Assembly: GCA_976226885.1 (NCBI GenBank)
Contig: OZ320313.1
Span: forward strand, 171,430,001-171,494,000
Origin: Iphione sp. A-MEVVRFRX5
Lineage: Eukaryota
Reading direction: 5' to 3'
DNA length: 64,000 nt
A program made the position numbers and the translations under genes. A model generated the notes under the pieces. It worked only from the letters and a program-made list of their open reading frames with translations. It was not told where the DNA came from and did no database searches. Shown here one piece after another: positions 24,716-39,305 of the stretch (position 1 is the stretch's first letter; each line of letters opens with the position of its first letter).

Positions 24716-26535
24716 GTAAGATGGGGGAGGAAGGGGGGAGGGGTTAGTAAGAGAGGGAAACCAGATCTACAGCTTTGCTATTCATGCAGACCCAGTTTTT
24801 CACAGCAGCACCCGCACCCCAGCCACTTCTCCCATACCAGTACCCCCCACCCCCACCCCCCTTACGACTTCTCTGTACCACCTGTCATATGTCGCATGTT
24901 GGTATTCACCTGAGGTCCTCACCAGTGGCGTGCTCAGCATCTCTACGTGCAAAGTGTTTCATTTTCCACGGTTTACCCTTTCTTTCTTCTTCTTCTTCTT
25001 CTTCTTCTTCTTCTTCTTCTTCTTCTTCTTCTTCTTCTGCTTCTTTTTCTTCTTCACACTTCACATTCCACTTCGTATTCTTTGTATTCTTCTTCGTATT
25101 CTTCATATTCTTTGTATTCCTCTTCTTATGTATATTCCTTCTATTCATATTCTTTGTATTCTTCTTCCTCATCTATCTTGCAGTCCGTACCTTATCCACT
25201 ACATATGTTTACCAAACTGGACGTAGGAATAACCAGACTAGAAAGCTTGATCTAAAACCCTATCGCTGTACGTGTATGTGTATACGTATAAGCTTGGTGA
25301 GTAAGCTTCCTTGCACATGTGTGTTGTAACGTGCAGTACTTATGGCGGGTACAGAGGCTTAAAAAAGTTCTGTGATGCGTGGGGACATAATACAATATCT
25401 TTGTATTAGATAAGGTATAAATAGAGATGATTACACGTTATAATTAAATAACAATATTTGTCTATCTTCACATCACGATCTGCCATGCCGTATACCGCTG
25501 GCTGGGAAGACTTGACACAGAACAGTGGGGAGAAAGTGAAAGGAATCCGTCTAGTTTGACGGGATGTTCGTTTTTATCTACTTTTCCGAGCCCCATTGGT
25601 ATGTTGAGTCGCGAACGCGGACCGCACTGTGTTGTTTATACAGGTATTTTGACTGGTGAGAGTTCCTTTTCTTTGGTGGGGGGGGGGGGGAGGGCCGATG
25701 GAGGGGGGGGGGGAGGCGGCGATACAGTAGCTGACACCTCTACCATCGGTGTCTGAATACCAAGCACAGCGACTATAGGTCCGACGGAAATAGATCGCAG
25801 CTGGTCATTTCCTCGGCTATATTCACATCTTTAATAGTTCTCTTGGACTTGTCTCCTCCTCAGCTAGCTCGAAGGGAGTGTGAAAGAGCTAAATTTATGG
25901 ATTTTTTTCTGGTGTGTGTTTAAATAGTTGGAGATGGTGCACCTTTCAAGGAAGACTGCAATTACCCTCATTTTTTTTAGTCCCGTTTCGACAACACCTG
26001 TGCATTTCGACGGGAATAAGTATGACCTGACCTTTACGAAATGGCGGCCAATTGCGGAGATTCTACCGTGGACTCCTCGACAGACCAGCCAGCGCCGGCT
26101 TTGCTGCTAATAGGCACCTCATTAACATCAATTAGTCGTCTGTCTGTGTCTGTGTACCTGTGTGTGTGTGTTTCTGCATTTGTGAATGTGTGTGTGTGTT
26201 TGTGTGGCTTTGTTTGTGTGTGTGCGTGTGATTTGTCTGTATATGCATTTTTCTGTGTATACCTGTGTGTCTCTGCATTTTTGCATGTGCGTGTGTGTGT
26301 TTGTCTGTGTTTACCTTGTTTGTGTGTGCATGTGCATCTGTATGTGCGTGATTGTCCGTGTGCGTGTTTGTCCATGTGCGCATTTGTCTGTGTGCGTGTG
26401 TGTAAACCCACGTTCCTATGGACTGCGTTTGTGTGAGAATATTTACAATGAGTTTTTCTTATTTATTTATTTATTTATTTATTTATTTTTTAGCAGTAAC
26501 ACTTCGTTGATAAAGATTACTCTCCCAAGGCAATG

Positions 26536-26577
<42 letters not shown>

Positions 26578-26979
26578 TCCCCGCAGGCTCCGATAGTGGT
26601 TAGAGGAGGTCCCCACGCCTTTAACACACCGAGGACGTCAAAAACAGCCAGCTTAAGGACACGCTTTCTCCACCTCATCTTTGTTAGCAACCTTTCTGCG
26701 TGAAAAAAACCACTTATAATGAGCAGTCGATTCAGAGCGCTGTGAATTGCTTGAACGCACTGACGATTGTGATAACAGAAGGAGGACGAGGAGGGAGGGG
26801 GGGGGGATGTTCCTCGGAGACCTTCTGTTGACTGGAGCCAACCGAAGCAGCTAAGAACGGGCCAATATGTCATACTCTCTGATACTAGAGCTTTTAGTTA
26901 AGAGAAGAATTTCTAGAATTAAGCAGCGTAGTTATGTGTATCTCCGCTAGTAGAATTGAGGGCTGGTTGGGCAAGGTTA

Positions 26980-27285
26980 GGTGGGATTCACATGTATCCT
27001 ATGTGTTCCATGGTGCATTGTGTCTGAAGCCCCCGGTAGAGGTGCGCAATGATAATATACCACCTGGTCACCGCATGCTTCCCACAAGGCTTTTCTATGG
27101 GTTTATGGACTGTTGTGTGTGATAACCCATCCTGGATGGGTACAAAGAAATGCAAATGGAAATGTTTGCATTGCAGACAGAAGCATGTGAAAAAGCTAAT
27201 AGATGCGCTATGCATAGGTTGTTACACAAGCTCCAAAATGTGTGCATTGCATTGCAGATGGATACATGTACATGTGAAACCCACC
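26980..27285. mobile_element. MITE-like element (306 bp) with 17-bp TIRs, PIF/Harbinger-like
   Basis: Left GGTGGGATTCACATGTA and right TACATGTGAAACCCACC match as inverted repeats at 16/17. Flanked by TTA on the left and TTT on the right. Confidence 0.55.
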
Positions 27286-27309
27286 TTTGACGAGATGTAA
27301 TCTGTCTAA

Positions 27310-27614
27310 AGCAGGTTTCACATGTATCCGTACCAAAACTACGTCTATGGGTCAGTAGTCGTAACTACCACCCATGAAGTGTGGTTAATTGCTTCCGAAA
27401 ATATACAAACAGCTGTTTCTTTACTATAGAGGTCTATGAGAAATGGATCCGTAGCCATGAAAAATTCCGTCGCCGATGGATCTGCTCTCTATGGATATGG
27501 ATCTGTAGCTGTATATATGGCCACATGTGAAGGCCTCCCTTGATTATCTATAGAAGAGGTATTTTTCTAAGGATCAGTAGCCGTAAGAAAAAATGGATGC
27601 ATGTGAACATCACC
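27310..27614. mobile_element. Related MITE-like element (~305 bp)
   Basis: TAA-AGCAGGTTTCACATG ... CATGTGAACATCACC-TTA, with an internal GGATATGGAT motif shared with the other copies. Confidence 0.4.
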
Positions 27615-29733
27615 TTAGGTATCTATTTGTACAGACATATTGGGTATAATTACAGTCTGGCTGGCATTCAGCTGATTACATTGCATCACCATGCATACTA
27701 TTCATCAGTTGCAGTCGGGGCGTGGGAGGGGGGGCGGAGGGGGCCGGGTTGCGGGCGGAGGGGGAGGGGGCTTTAGTGTGTTTGACCAGTGATCCGTAGT
27801 TCCTCGGATGTGGCATGTTTGAAACTCCCTCCATTTTGAATTCTGCTCCCCGTCCATCAGGTGACAGTACCCAATGGTGTGTGGAAAGTCCGTTGTTGGT
27901 GGAACTTCCAGCAGTCTGTGATTAGGCGATAAGGTGTGGGTTTTAGTTCTTCTGTTTTTTTTTGTTAAATCGCAGGTGCATGTAGTTAATTGCGCGTGGT
28001 GGTTACCCTGATGCGTTCCTCGATTTCTGTCAGGCTGAAATCATGACCAAGATAACCACGGTGTGTATTGCAGAATAGAAGTGATAATATTTTCACCGCA
28101 AAACTAAAAGTTTAACTACTGCTTGCTACGAAAAGAGTGTACATTGTACATTAAATGATCCGGTACAGAACTAACATTTCTTTATATAAACTGTATATTA
28201 TGCTATGATATTTTGGATCAACCCCCCCCCAAAAAAAAAAAAAAAATTCATGTATAAAACAATTCAAATCCCTAGATACATTAACACAATTACACGGTCG
28301 CAGAAATTGTGGGCAGCACTCCCAATTATTCAGTGGGGAAAGTTGCATTTTGTTATTTCATTAAATTACGACAATCTAGGAGGATTTAAATCACTGCATA
28401 CGAATTATGACCATTTCATAAGATTGCCCTCATGTGTGTGTTGTTTGGAAATGCTAGCAAGAGTAATCATCGAAAAACAGTGAGAAAATGTGTCCTTTGA
28501 CCCGACAGAATGTGTGTTATAACAACGGAGCCAAAAAGAAATGTCATAGTAATACAAAAAATGGTGAGATTACAAAAAGGGCGAGAAATTAGAAAGGTGA
28601 TCCAAACAAAACTACAATTACTCTTGCTTTTTTTAATTTATAAAAACCTGTTTGTGCGAAAATGAATGTAATTCGACCTCATCCATATGCCGTGAAGGGG
28701 AGACTATCCCATTACTGTCCCTTTCTTCTGAACTTTAATGACATTATTTTGGCATCTTTTTAACCCTTTAAGGGCCAACACTGCCTTAAACAGTGTTTAA
28801 CCTCTGGCACAACAATCAGCTGCAGGCGTCTGGCATGGGAAGCTTACCAGTGCCTTAAGGTACTGTTAGGTAGTGTTCACATACAACCAGATATTTCCAT
28901 TCTGCATCCACACACAGGTGCGGATTTTTACCCACCCTGCTGTAACCACTTTGGGCATTCACATACATACAGGTATTTCCGCGTCCGCACACAGGTGCGG
29001 ATGTCAAACTGTCTGGGATGGGTTTTGTCCACACCTGGATGCGGATTCCATAGGAGCCAATAGTAAAATACATCTGGTAAGTATATATTGGCAATTAATG
29101 TCTGGACACAACAGGGAGGATGTCCCTTATGTATGAAGAACAGTCCGCTAATTCAGACACGTTCTAACTAAGCCAGTCTTAACTATGGAGAGAGCAGCGA
29201 GAGAGCTAACTCTTGTTTCGTTATCATAGACATTCTTGAGGATCTAGACAATTTTGGATAGTTTTGGTCGAGTCCCTTATTTGCTGTCGGGATTAGAGGA
29301 AGTCTTCTGTATTCTGTACCCTGTTTATATCTGACAGTCAGTGGTAGCAGTCCCGCTCTGAGAACAATCACGAAACAGTCCACCAGGGGGCCCTGCTGAG
29401 GCCCTTGCCTACCCACATGACTCAGTGAAGTACAGGTATTCGTACTCCGTACCCAGAAACGTAAGGCCTCATCGACTTCCCCATAACGCTAGGAACACGA
29501 CAGTACCATCAGATTGTACAATAAAGGCATTTTCTATTAAGACTAGCAGAGTAGTCGCCCTTAAAATAGGCTGACCAAGGTTTTGGGAGAGAGTAGAGAA
29601 GAAAAGCCACAATATAATAAGAGGACTGTAGGTACCACCCTGGTTCTAGTAGTCGAAGTAATCTCTGCTATGTAGGCCTGGTGAAAAGCAGCGAAGAAAA
29701 GGTGAGAATGTACAGTACCACCCTGTCCCCATC

Positions 29734-29786
29734 ATGTCCGAGTGGTTCATGGAAGCTCTGCTGACCTGCTGCGACCTCTGGAGAGA
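29734..29786 (+). CDS. Candidate Homer variable first exon V9 (MSEWFMEALLTCCDLWRE)
   Basis: atcATG ... AGA GA|GTAAAG, phase 2, GC3-rich. The donor is weaker (A at -1). Confidence 0.4.
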
Positions 29787-31774
29787 GTAAAGAGAACAAC
29801 ACTGTCTGATGCTCAAGCTTGCTGAACTAGTGGAGCCTGAAGGAGAGTACAGAAGAAGGCACCTTCCACATGTATGCGCTCTTCTACGGATACACATATG
29901 GATGCATCTAGACATATTTTACCCAAACCTATACCGAATCTTAGAGCATTCACATGTGCACATATTTGTATTTCTCTACGGATACGGATGCGTATACGTA
30001 GATGACGAATCGGTCGAGGACGGATTGTCTATGCATACAGATGTGTAGACCATATGAAGCAATGGTGAGAACATATCTGGTGAACATATGTATTTAATTA
30101 AAATAGGCCCTGCAGGAGGTAATCTATGCATCTCTGCACATGTAGACATATTTCTCGTCCAGAGGTCTCATGAACACATGTGATAAGGACCAAATGACGA
30201 CTGTCGTGGTAAGAAGTCTCAATCTCAGCGAAATGGACTGCTGTGTTCAGAAGCTTGCAACGATGAAGACTCGATGTGTGTTATTGAGTGGGTGATAGCA
30301 CAGTTATTACAAATGATGAATATTCTGATAGTACCTACTGACACAACGAGAATATTCGAGTCATGGACGTAATGAGGTATAGGCTCTGGAATCTATTAGG
30401 ATACTTGGCGGATGACTGATGATGTCATACATCTTCAGAGAGGGGCTGTCATGCTCGTTGAGGTAATGAATATTTCCTTCTTCTGTTTTTTTGTACACCT
30501 ACACAGAATTATTATGTGTGAAATACATCGAACGATGCAGTAAACATTACAAATAAGTTATTCCGGGTAATTATAAATGGTAGAGGTATGTCAGCAGGGA
30601 AGTAATCCCCCCTACAACGAGGTCTTTTTCTTTTCTTTTTTAATTATTATTGGTACTTGGTCATCTCTTCCTGCGCATGCGCATTTACTGGGACATGTAT
30701 GCACGTTTACAATCAACACTTTTATCCTAACTGGGTTGGTTTGGGGGGGGGGGATTTTCATTGCAGTTTGTATGAGTAATACTTTAAATATAGTGGAAAA
30801 TGCTATAACATATGGCATCCAGTCTTGAGCCACAGGGTTAACTTATTATAGGTGGATGCCACTTGACAGAGATGGACTATACCGAACTATTTGTTTTTTG
30901 AAAGTTTCAGAAGCCGTTCAGATAAAAATTAAATTGTACAAAATGACGTCCGCTTTATATACGCATCCGTATAGTTCACTGCCAGAACATCCATTTCTCC
31001 CTGGCTGATTTTTCTCCCGGCACTTCTGTGATTGATATGAAAGTATCTGCTGGAAGAGAGAGAGTAGAGTAAGAAGGGAAGTGAGATGGAGTAGAAACGT
31101 AAGCCTTGGGGTGGGGTGGGGGGGGGGGGAAATAGGGGGGGGGGTTGGAATGACAAACTGGCTTATCCGCACGTGTAGCTTATCACCTCATTAGGCGGCA
31201 TCCCACTCAGAGGACTGCCTTCTGCTTGCCTTACTTCCCAGTGATGAGACATGGCAATCAGGCCAACCGTACGGTGATCTATAGGGCAAGGCGCCATATG
31301 ACAACCTCGTATCGACACCTCTCTAATATGCTGCCACCGCCGCCGCCGCCGCCGCTGTGACATTTATATCAGCGAATAGTGCAGGCGACTGGACACGTCC
31401 AGATCGACCCTACGCAGAGGGTGTATATATAGGGTTATCATTCATCTGTGGCTCCACGTCGTACAATTTGCATGTTCGTACCACAACCAGCTCGTACCAT
31501 GGCTGGCCCGTGTCCCAGTCAACTTCGTGCAGTACCCTGAGTCGGATGGCTTCATCTCTGCTCCAATAACAGGGATTTACTTGACATTTGTGTGCGTGAG
31601 ACTTCTGGTACTCTAAACTTGGGATCATTACCAGAGAGGTTTTAAAACTTGAAATATGATAGATCATTAGGTGGGAGAAGGTGCAACTTGTTTAAAGTAT
31701 GATCAAGACGAAAACATTACTACTTGGTACTTGGAACAGCTACCCTGTTGTGGAAGAATTGGTTATGGTTTGAG

Positions 31775-32385
31775 TTGTTTATGTCATGGTTGTTTATGTC
31801 ATGATTTGGTCATGGATGAGTAGGTTCTGTCATGAGTTGGTCATGGATGAGTAGGTTATGTCATGAGTTGGTCATGGATGAGTAGGTTCTGTCATGAGTT
31901 GGTCATGGATGAGTAGGTTATGTCATGAGTTGGTCATGGATGAGTAGGTTCTGTCATGAGTTGGTCATGGATGAGTAGGTTGTCATGAGTTGGTCATGGG
32001 TGAGTAGGGTGTGTTGTGAGTTCGTCATGGATGAGTAGGGTGTGTTGTGAGTTTGTCATGGATGAGTAAGCTATGTCCTGAGTTGGTCATGGGTGAGTAA
32101 GCTATGTCCTGAGTTGGTCATGGATGAATAAGCTATGTCACAAATTGGCCACAGATAAGTAGGTTATGTCATGAGTTGGTTATGGATGAGTAGGCTATGT
32201 CCTGAGTGTGGTCATGGGTGAGTAAGCTATATCATGAGTTGGTCATGGATAAGAAGGTTATGTCATGAGTTGGTCATGGATGAGTAGGTTGTGTCATGAG
32301 TTGGTCATGGATGAGAAGGCTATATCATGAATATGTCATGGTATGAGTTGGTTATGGTGTGAGTTGGGCCATGGTATGAAATGGT
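31775..32385. repeat. 31-bp minisatellite (gttatgtcatgagttggtcatggatgagtag)
   Basis: catggatgagtagg recurs with period 31. Confidence 0.92.
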
Positions 32386-34936
32386 CATTGGCCAAATGTC
32401 CCTGAACCTGTGTTCAAATCATTGCTTAAACTGTGGCGTTTTTCTGTTGATAAAGTCTCCTTCCTTTGAAAAGATGCGCTCGTTTTCTGTTGAAAGTGTT
32501 TTCATCCCCCATTTACGCCATGAATTTATCTACCCACCGCATCCCAAGGGTTGCTGTATCGCATACTGTTGAAGATCATTTAAAGAAACTCTTTACATTG
32601 CTTGATACCAGAGTTGTTCGTGTTAATGTACCTGACCATAGTCATGTCTTGTTGGTATCGTTTATTTCATTGACAACACTATTGTGACTGCAGAAATACA
32701 TCTACCACATTTTCAGGTACATGTGCCAAGTTTCTCCATTTTTTCTGTCATTTCTAGAATAGCTCTCCATGCCAACCATGAGATGCCATGTCATGTGTAA
32801 TCAAAAGTTCCTTATTGTGACAATATGGTTAACCAGTCATGCGTGCTTATACATTCCCATTCTGTATACCTTTGTGAATCCGATTATTTTTCTTCCCAAG
32901 ATTATTTTTTAAAAAAGATCCACGATAGGACATAGTTTATGCCAGTTTTCCTAGCGACTTGTGATTTTGATAATGGACTTCTCCTGCTTGTTAATTGTAA
33001 TGAAAGAAAGATAACTCCTTGTTCATCTGATTGCATTGCTCTCTCTGCACTAAACTATAGACTGTGAGATTCCTTGCTTGGATGTGTTATTACAGAACGA
33101 TTAAAGACTACACCCCCCGTCGCATGGTTTGTTGAGTGCAGTGCGAGTCTTTTTTTTAAGTGGGTTAAAATCTAGATTGACAAATAACACTAGATGATTT
33201 TGATAACGACTCCCATGGTTGAAAAAAACACACTCGTCGGTAAATACGACTTCCTTTTCCTCACCACCTTGGCGCCACGGGAACACCTGGTCTTGAGGTG
33301 CCGTTCCTCTGGCATCAGTTCAAGTTTCATTTACGTGGAGGTTTTCTGTACCAGGTATGATAAGAGCTCATGTTTACTTCCTTTGCTAGCGTATGAAAGG
33401 ATAGAGTACATAAGACTAGAATTGAATTATGTATAAAATGAAGTATTCTTTATANNNNNNNNNNNNNNNNNNNNNNNNNNNNNNNNNNNNNNNNNNNNNN
33501 NNNNNNNNNNNNNNNNNNNNNNNNNNNNNNNNNNNNNNNNNNNNNNNNNNNNNNNNNNNNNNNNNNNNNNNNNNNNNNNNNNNNNNNNTTACAACACTCC
33601 GTTGCTCCTCTCTCAACCATTACCATTTGACGAAAATGTTAATGGTAATGATTGTTATTGGAAGATGTGATATTTATCTGTGCCTAGGATTAATCTCAAA
33701 CAAGATCAACTGGTACATGTACATGAGAGAGATGTGTAATCATTCCCTTCCTCCTATACAAGTATATGTACTTGTACATACATATATGTAAATATGTACA
33801 TGTAAATATGCACATGTTCATCTAAATATTTACATGTATAGGTGTTCAGGTACATGAAAATATATACGTGTACATTTAAATATGTACATGTACCTGTAAA
33901 TATCTATGCCTACTTTCTCAAGAATGCCCTGCCCCCCTCCCCCGCTTACACGTATCACTGCGCTTTTACGGTCCCCCGCCGCCCCCCCCCGAGAGAAAGA
34001 TGCTGTTTACTATGAGGGTTGTGTCCTCAGCCAGGGTTGCCCCTCCCTTTGTAACCCCAATCTCAGGTAAACACCACCGCCACCACCTTGCGTCACGCCC
34101 CCCCCCCCTTCACCCACTGGATCACCTGAGAAGTACACGTGTATGTACATACAGATAAGGAGCGATATGACTTGATATACGCATTGCCCAGGTGTAAAAT
34201 AGCGGAATCTATTCCCCTTATATATATGTATATATATATATATTGCCCGTGCGAGGATGGGACGGTACTTTATGGGGACACGAGATGATGCGGCAAGTAG
34301 GGAGTAGTACTAATATTTAGGTGCAGGTGGCGCGACGGGCGGGGAATCCATGCGTTAAAGACAAACTGAGCCATACGCCACCACCACCAGCCAACAGGGA
34401 TAGACCTTGCTTCTCCTTCTCCTCCTTACCCGGCCTGGTTAAACCTGAGGGGCGGCCACTCCCATCTCTCTAAGAGCTACATCTACACTGGAGTGAAAGG
34501 TAAAGTTTCCCACCTGAGGATAAACCCAGGCGAAGGCGACCCGACGAAGACAACCCCGGGAGGACAGGATTAAATATCGACAAGGCGAGTGGACCTAGGA
34601 TTACTCTGCGTGGATTACAAGGGCCTTAAATAAAGCACCATTGGAAATACTTTCACTCCGCGTGTGTATTATCGCCCTCAGTGAATGGGTTTTTAAGTGA
34701 ATTTCACGGTGCCGCTACACAAAAGATACAGACGTTGCAAGTGTTTGAACGAGGCGAACAGATTGTCGTCTGCTCGGATTCTCCGTTTCGACTCCGTTGC
34801 TTAGCATCACAAACCATCAACGTTTTTTGAATATTCTCCTCTCATGTCCTTTTTAGTAGATGAAACGTCCTGGTAAACTACGTATAATAGCAGTATAAAA
34901 AAGGAACGGACGGCAATTATCCACGGAAGAAAAAGG

Positions 34937-34976
<40 letters not shown>

Positions 34977-37621
34977 GGATCCTGCATGAAAAATTAGATA
35001 TCCCTGCCACCAGGCGGCGCTGAGGTGACGACGGTAGTCGACTTTCAGATCGGCCCAGTATACAGAGGCGGGGGGGTGGGTTGGGGGGGGGTGGAGGAGT
35101 CGTATTGTGGGCGTCCCATGTGAATAGATGGCAAGGGATGTGCGCATTGTATTCTCAGGTCACTTAACTCTGTCATCAAGGAAGGCACAGGTTCGCCTGC
35201 CTCCTCCCCCCCCCCCCCTCCCTCCCCCCGTCCGTCTGTGAGGAGGAGGTGGTGGAGGAGACCACCGTGTTGACGTGTTTTCCGTGCGTGGTGGCGCTTC
35301 TGTCGAGATAGATGTGATTTTTAGTGCTGATCCTTCCAGGGGTCAGCTGTAGCCTATCCTCTCTGCGGCCCGCTTGACACGCTGAGACCCAAGGCCCCCA
35401 GCAAGCAAGCAAGGCCCTGGGGGGAGATCTAGACCACTACCAACATTCCAGCGGGATCAGCGGCTACTATATACCACCGCATACGGACCACCACCACCAC
35501 AAGGCCCGCCCGACTACGGGGGCCACTTAGAAAACTCCAGACTGACCAGCGCACGGGCTGTAAGGGAACCAGCTAACGAGGAGATCGTATCATTGGTGGA
35601 TTAGACATCCAGACCCGCTACAATTAACGGCCCAGTGTGTGCGTTGGTTTGTATGAAATCACGTCTGTGTGTACGTGTGTGCGTGCGTGTTGGAACAGTG
35701 TGTACACGCGCACACGTCGATCTTTAATTAGCCCACGTGACTAAGTTTTCACGACCTGGAGGATCAGTTCATCCTGGTACCTTGTTCGGCGGGCGGATTG
35801 ATGGATTGATACGGTGGGCTTCGTTCCTCCTGGGGCCCAGATTGTTGCAGACTCGAGTGGATTCGCGTTTACATGTAAAAGCAAAAAAAAAAATCGCGCA
35901 CTTTGTGAGCTTGCCCACCGCTGGTCCCCATCCCTGGACACTATCACCGCATAGCACACACAGAAGCCAGCAGTTGGGCGTGTGCCATCTCCCCTGAAGA
36001 CAGACGACCAAAAAAAAAAGCCGGCTGGTATTGTTCATGGCACGTCGGTGACGGGAGTGGTATATGTACACTTGTCGGAGTTGCTTTGGGGGGAAAGTCA
36101 AGTCCGTAGGACATCTCTGCGTCGTCGTATTCACTCATTACAAGGTCCCCGCCCAAGTGGTCTTCCTCGCTCCACGTGTTGAATATACGGGGGCGGTTTG
36201 GATACTCAATCGCTCATTGTGTTGAACTGCTCAGAGTGGAGCAGCTCTGAGTATCTAAGGGGAAAGTTGGACCGTCATGAACTTTCACCGCATGCACTGA
36301 CTCACCCCTNNNNNNNNNNNNNNNNNNNNNNNNNNNNNNNNNNNNNNNNNNNNNNNNNNNNNNNNNNNNNNNNNNNNNNNNNNNNNNNNNNNNNNNNNNN
36401 NNNNNNNNNNNNNNNNNNNNNNNNNNNNNNNNNNNNNNNNNNNNNNNNNNNNNNNNNNNNNNNNNNNNNNNNNNNNNNNNNNNNNNNNNNGCGTGGGCTC
36501 GCGGATTCGAGCCCCACGTAGATCTTGGAGGATCGAAGATCTAAGCAGCGCACTCACTGGCCTCTCAACCTTATACGTAACACCACTGAGAGTCAACGGG
36601 ATAAGATCTGAATGTTCAAGTAATGGCAGTTCACAGCGTAGAAAACTTCGACCAGTCGTGAAAGTTCAGGCGGAGGACACTACCCTGCTATGATTATCAT
36701 TATCAATTGATGAGTTTGAGTACTACTACTACTACTGCTACTACTACTACCACAGGTGGGGAGCACATACACCTGAGTATAGTGAGCATCCTGGTTGTTT
36801 TACTTGGATGGTAGAGAATCCTCTAGAACCTGTTTAATCATCGGTCATGGAGGCAGACTGATGTCTCATTGACAGCTCTGTCCGACCCACCCACCCACCC
36901 ACCCACCCACGCACCCACTCACCACCACCAGTTCTCACATGGGTGATCACGGTGAACTGTGTAGATATATGTATGCCCGTAGCCTGTGGGAGGACCACAT
37001 ACGCGGCTAACGCAGTGTGATACGCCCAGCCTCCGTCACGCTTCACTGGTCGTGTGGGTCGCCACCAGGCCATCGCCGTCGTCGCTCAGAGTCGTCGTCG
37101 TCATCGTCGTCGTCGCAGTCGCCGCCGCCAGTCGATCTTGCGTCGTACGGCCGGTCGCTGGGAGGAGGAGGAGGTGGATCCTCACACACTCACTACTCGG
37201 CTGACTAGTGTGGCCTGACATAGTGACTTGAGGGTCGAGGCGGGCGGCCGGGGGAGGAGGAGGAGGAGGCCCGTGGTGGCTTGGATGCGAGGTTTTATCA
37301 GCAGCAGCCACTGCTGCGGCCGCACACGTCGTCGTTAATATATAGAAGTATAGATATATACACCCTGTCTGCGCTCTGCTGCCTGGTTACATGCCCTCTC
37401 CCCACCCCACCCCACCCGTAGAGGACGGGCCAGCTAGACACGTCAAGGAGCTTTATCAGTCTCCCCCCCCCCCACACACACACACACACTCCCCTCCTCG
37501 TCGTCGCTGTGTGTCCCGACTGCGGGGAAGAGAGGAGGACACAACTAACCTGTGAAACACACCTGTGAAACACACCTGTGGAGCTATCTGGTTTGATCTT
37601 GGTTTGTCAATACTAGCCGGG

Positions 37622-37653
37622 ATGAGTGCGGAGGACACGGAGAACCCAGTGTG
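37622..37653 (+). CDS. homer: Candidate Homer variable first exon V10 (MSAEDTENPVW)
   Basis: gggATG AGT GCG GAG GAC ACG GAG AAC CCA GTG TG|GTGAGTA. Consensus donor, phase 2, at the 3' end of a CpG-rich patch. Confidence 0.6.
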
Positions 37654-37699
37654 GTGAGTAACGCCCAGCAGGGCAGTTCGACTTGTCTCTTTAATAACA

Positions 37700-38120
37700 C
37701 ATAGAACGTCTTCTAATGGGATGACACCTGCGATGTGAGTGTTTATTATAGTATCATTCACAGGGAAGGGGGGGGGGGGTGTAGTTAGAATGTCTTATAA
37801 TAGGATGGCCTGTGATTTGAGTGTTTATTATAGCAGGGTTTACGGGGAGGACGGGGGGGGGGGCAGGTTTGGGGGGTGGTTAGAATTAGAATGTCTTATA
37901 ATGGGATGGCCTGTGATTTGAGTGTTTATTATAGCAGCGTTCACAGGGAGGACGGGGGGGGCAGGTTTGGGGGGGGGGGGTTGAATGTCTTAAAATGGGA
38001 TGTGAGTGTCTATTATAGCGTCGTTTACGGGCAGGGGAGGGCAGGTTAGGGGGGGGTTAGAATGTCGTCTAATTGGATGACCTGTGATGCCAGTGTTATA
38101 TTATATTAATTTACAGGGAT
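37700..38120. repeat. ~85-100-bp degenerate tandem repeat just downstream of the V10 donor
   Basis: Recurrent tagaatgtcttataa...gagtgtttattatagc blocks with G-runs. Confidence 0.8.
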
Positions 38121-38451
38121 TTGGGGGAGGGGGGCAGATCGGGGGGGGAGGGTCGACCTGAACCGTCAGGGATGGATGGTATAGAGTGTTTGGACGTAGA
38201 ATTCATGTCCTCCGTGACTCAGCAATCATGCCCTCTCCTCATTCTCCTCCTTCGTCTCTTCGTTTGGCTTGTGGTCCGAAGCCGTCTCCTTCTCCGTCTC
38301 CTCCTGCTTCTCCTTCTCCTTTTTCTTCGCCTTCTCACCGTCGTTGCTACTTTAGACCAGTATCAACTTGTTGGATACAGTCCAACATCAGCGCGATGAC
38401 CTCTGCATCCCCGCTTGGCAGTACATGTATGTGTGTGTGTGTGTGTGAGAG

Positions 38452-38486
<35 letters not shown>

Positions 38487-39242
38487 CTGTGTGTGTTTTT
38501 ATGTATGCCCTCGTTCAGAGCGGGCAGCCGTGTGTGTGTGTGCGTATGTGTGTTTATGAGTGTGACCGTGTGCGTGTGTTCATGTTTATGTGTGCGTGTT
38601 TGTGCGTGTGTGCATGTTTATGAGTGCGTGTATGGGTGTTTGTGTGCCTGTATGCGTGTTTGTGCGTGTGTGTGTGTTTTAAATATGTGTGCCCTCGTTC
38701 AGAGTTAAAAGTCGTGACGTGTACGCGAGGCCTTTCAAATATGCAGTAGGATTTAGAAATGATATGGAACACTGATAAATGATGGAGCTATTACCTTTTT
38801 TGGATACAACACGGTACTGCTTGTTTTTTCCCTGTAAATTTCCACATGGACATTATTATCATCATCTTCATCATTATATATCCCTGGAATCGGTTCTGGC
38901 TGGATGCTATAGAGGTGACGGTAGACGAGATTTGTGCTCCTGGTGCTAGTTATACTCTGGAATATAGTTTACCGTAAATTCCTTTCTAGAAACGACCTTA
39001 AAGTAAGATTTATTAGCTCACGTGACCCCTTCGACCGGTAGATGCGTACGTTCAAATATAAAAGACGTTGCGGTGCATATGTCACATCTTTTATTTAAAC
39101 AAACACCTTTGGGTGCGTGCACTGGTTGTATACAGTGAGAGAGCGGTCCTCATGCGCTAGAAGGTTTTTTCCCCTCTAATTTCCCTTAATTTCTCTACGG
39201 AGAACTGCTCTCTCTGACGGTTTCTGTCTGTCTGTTTGTCTG

Positions 39243-39305
<63 letters not shown>

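Noticed and set aside
27840-32720. Other AG|GT juxtapositions (27860, 27975, 32716) as recursive splice sites
   Set aside because: The reconstituted donors (GTGACA, GTGCAT, GTACAT) are weak compared with the 16229 site.
34440-34505. Strong donor AAG|GTAAAG at 34500 as a coding first exon
   Set aside because: The phase-2 frame is closed by TAA just upstream with no ATG; at most a non-coding leader.
36491-36520. Hairpin gtgggctcg...cgagccccac with B-box-like GATTCGAG
   Set aside because: Starts at a gap edge; too little context to call a SINE or tRNA.
38186-38623. S/P-rich ORF ([10 protein letters not shown]...) as a Homer first exon, or the K/E-rich antisense frame as a gene
   Set aside because: Low-complexity CT-rich tract running into (GT)n; the available donors are phase 1, not phase 2; the antisense frame is closed by an upstream TAA.
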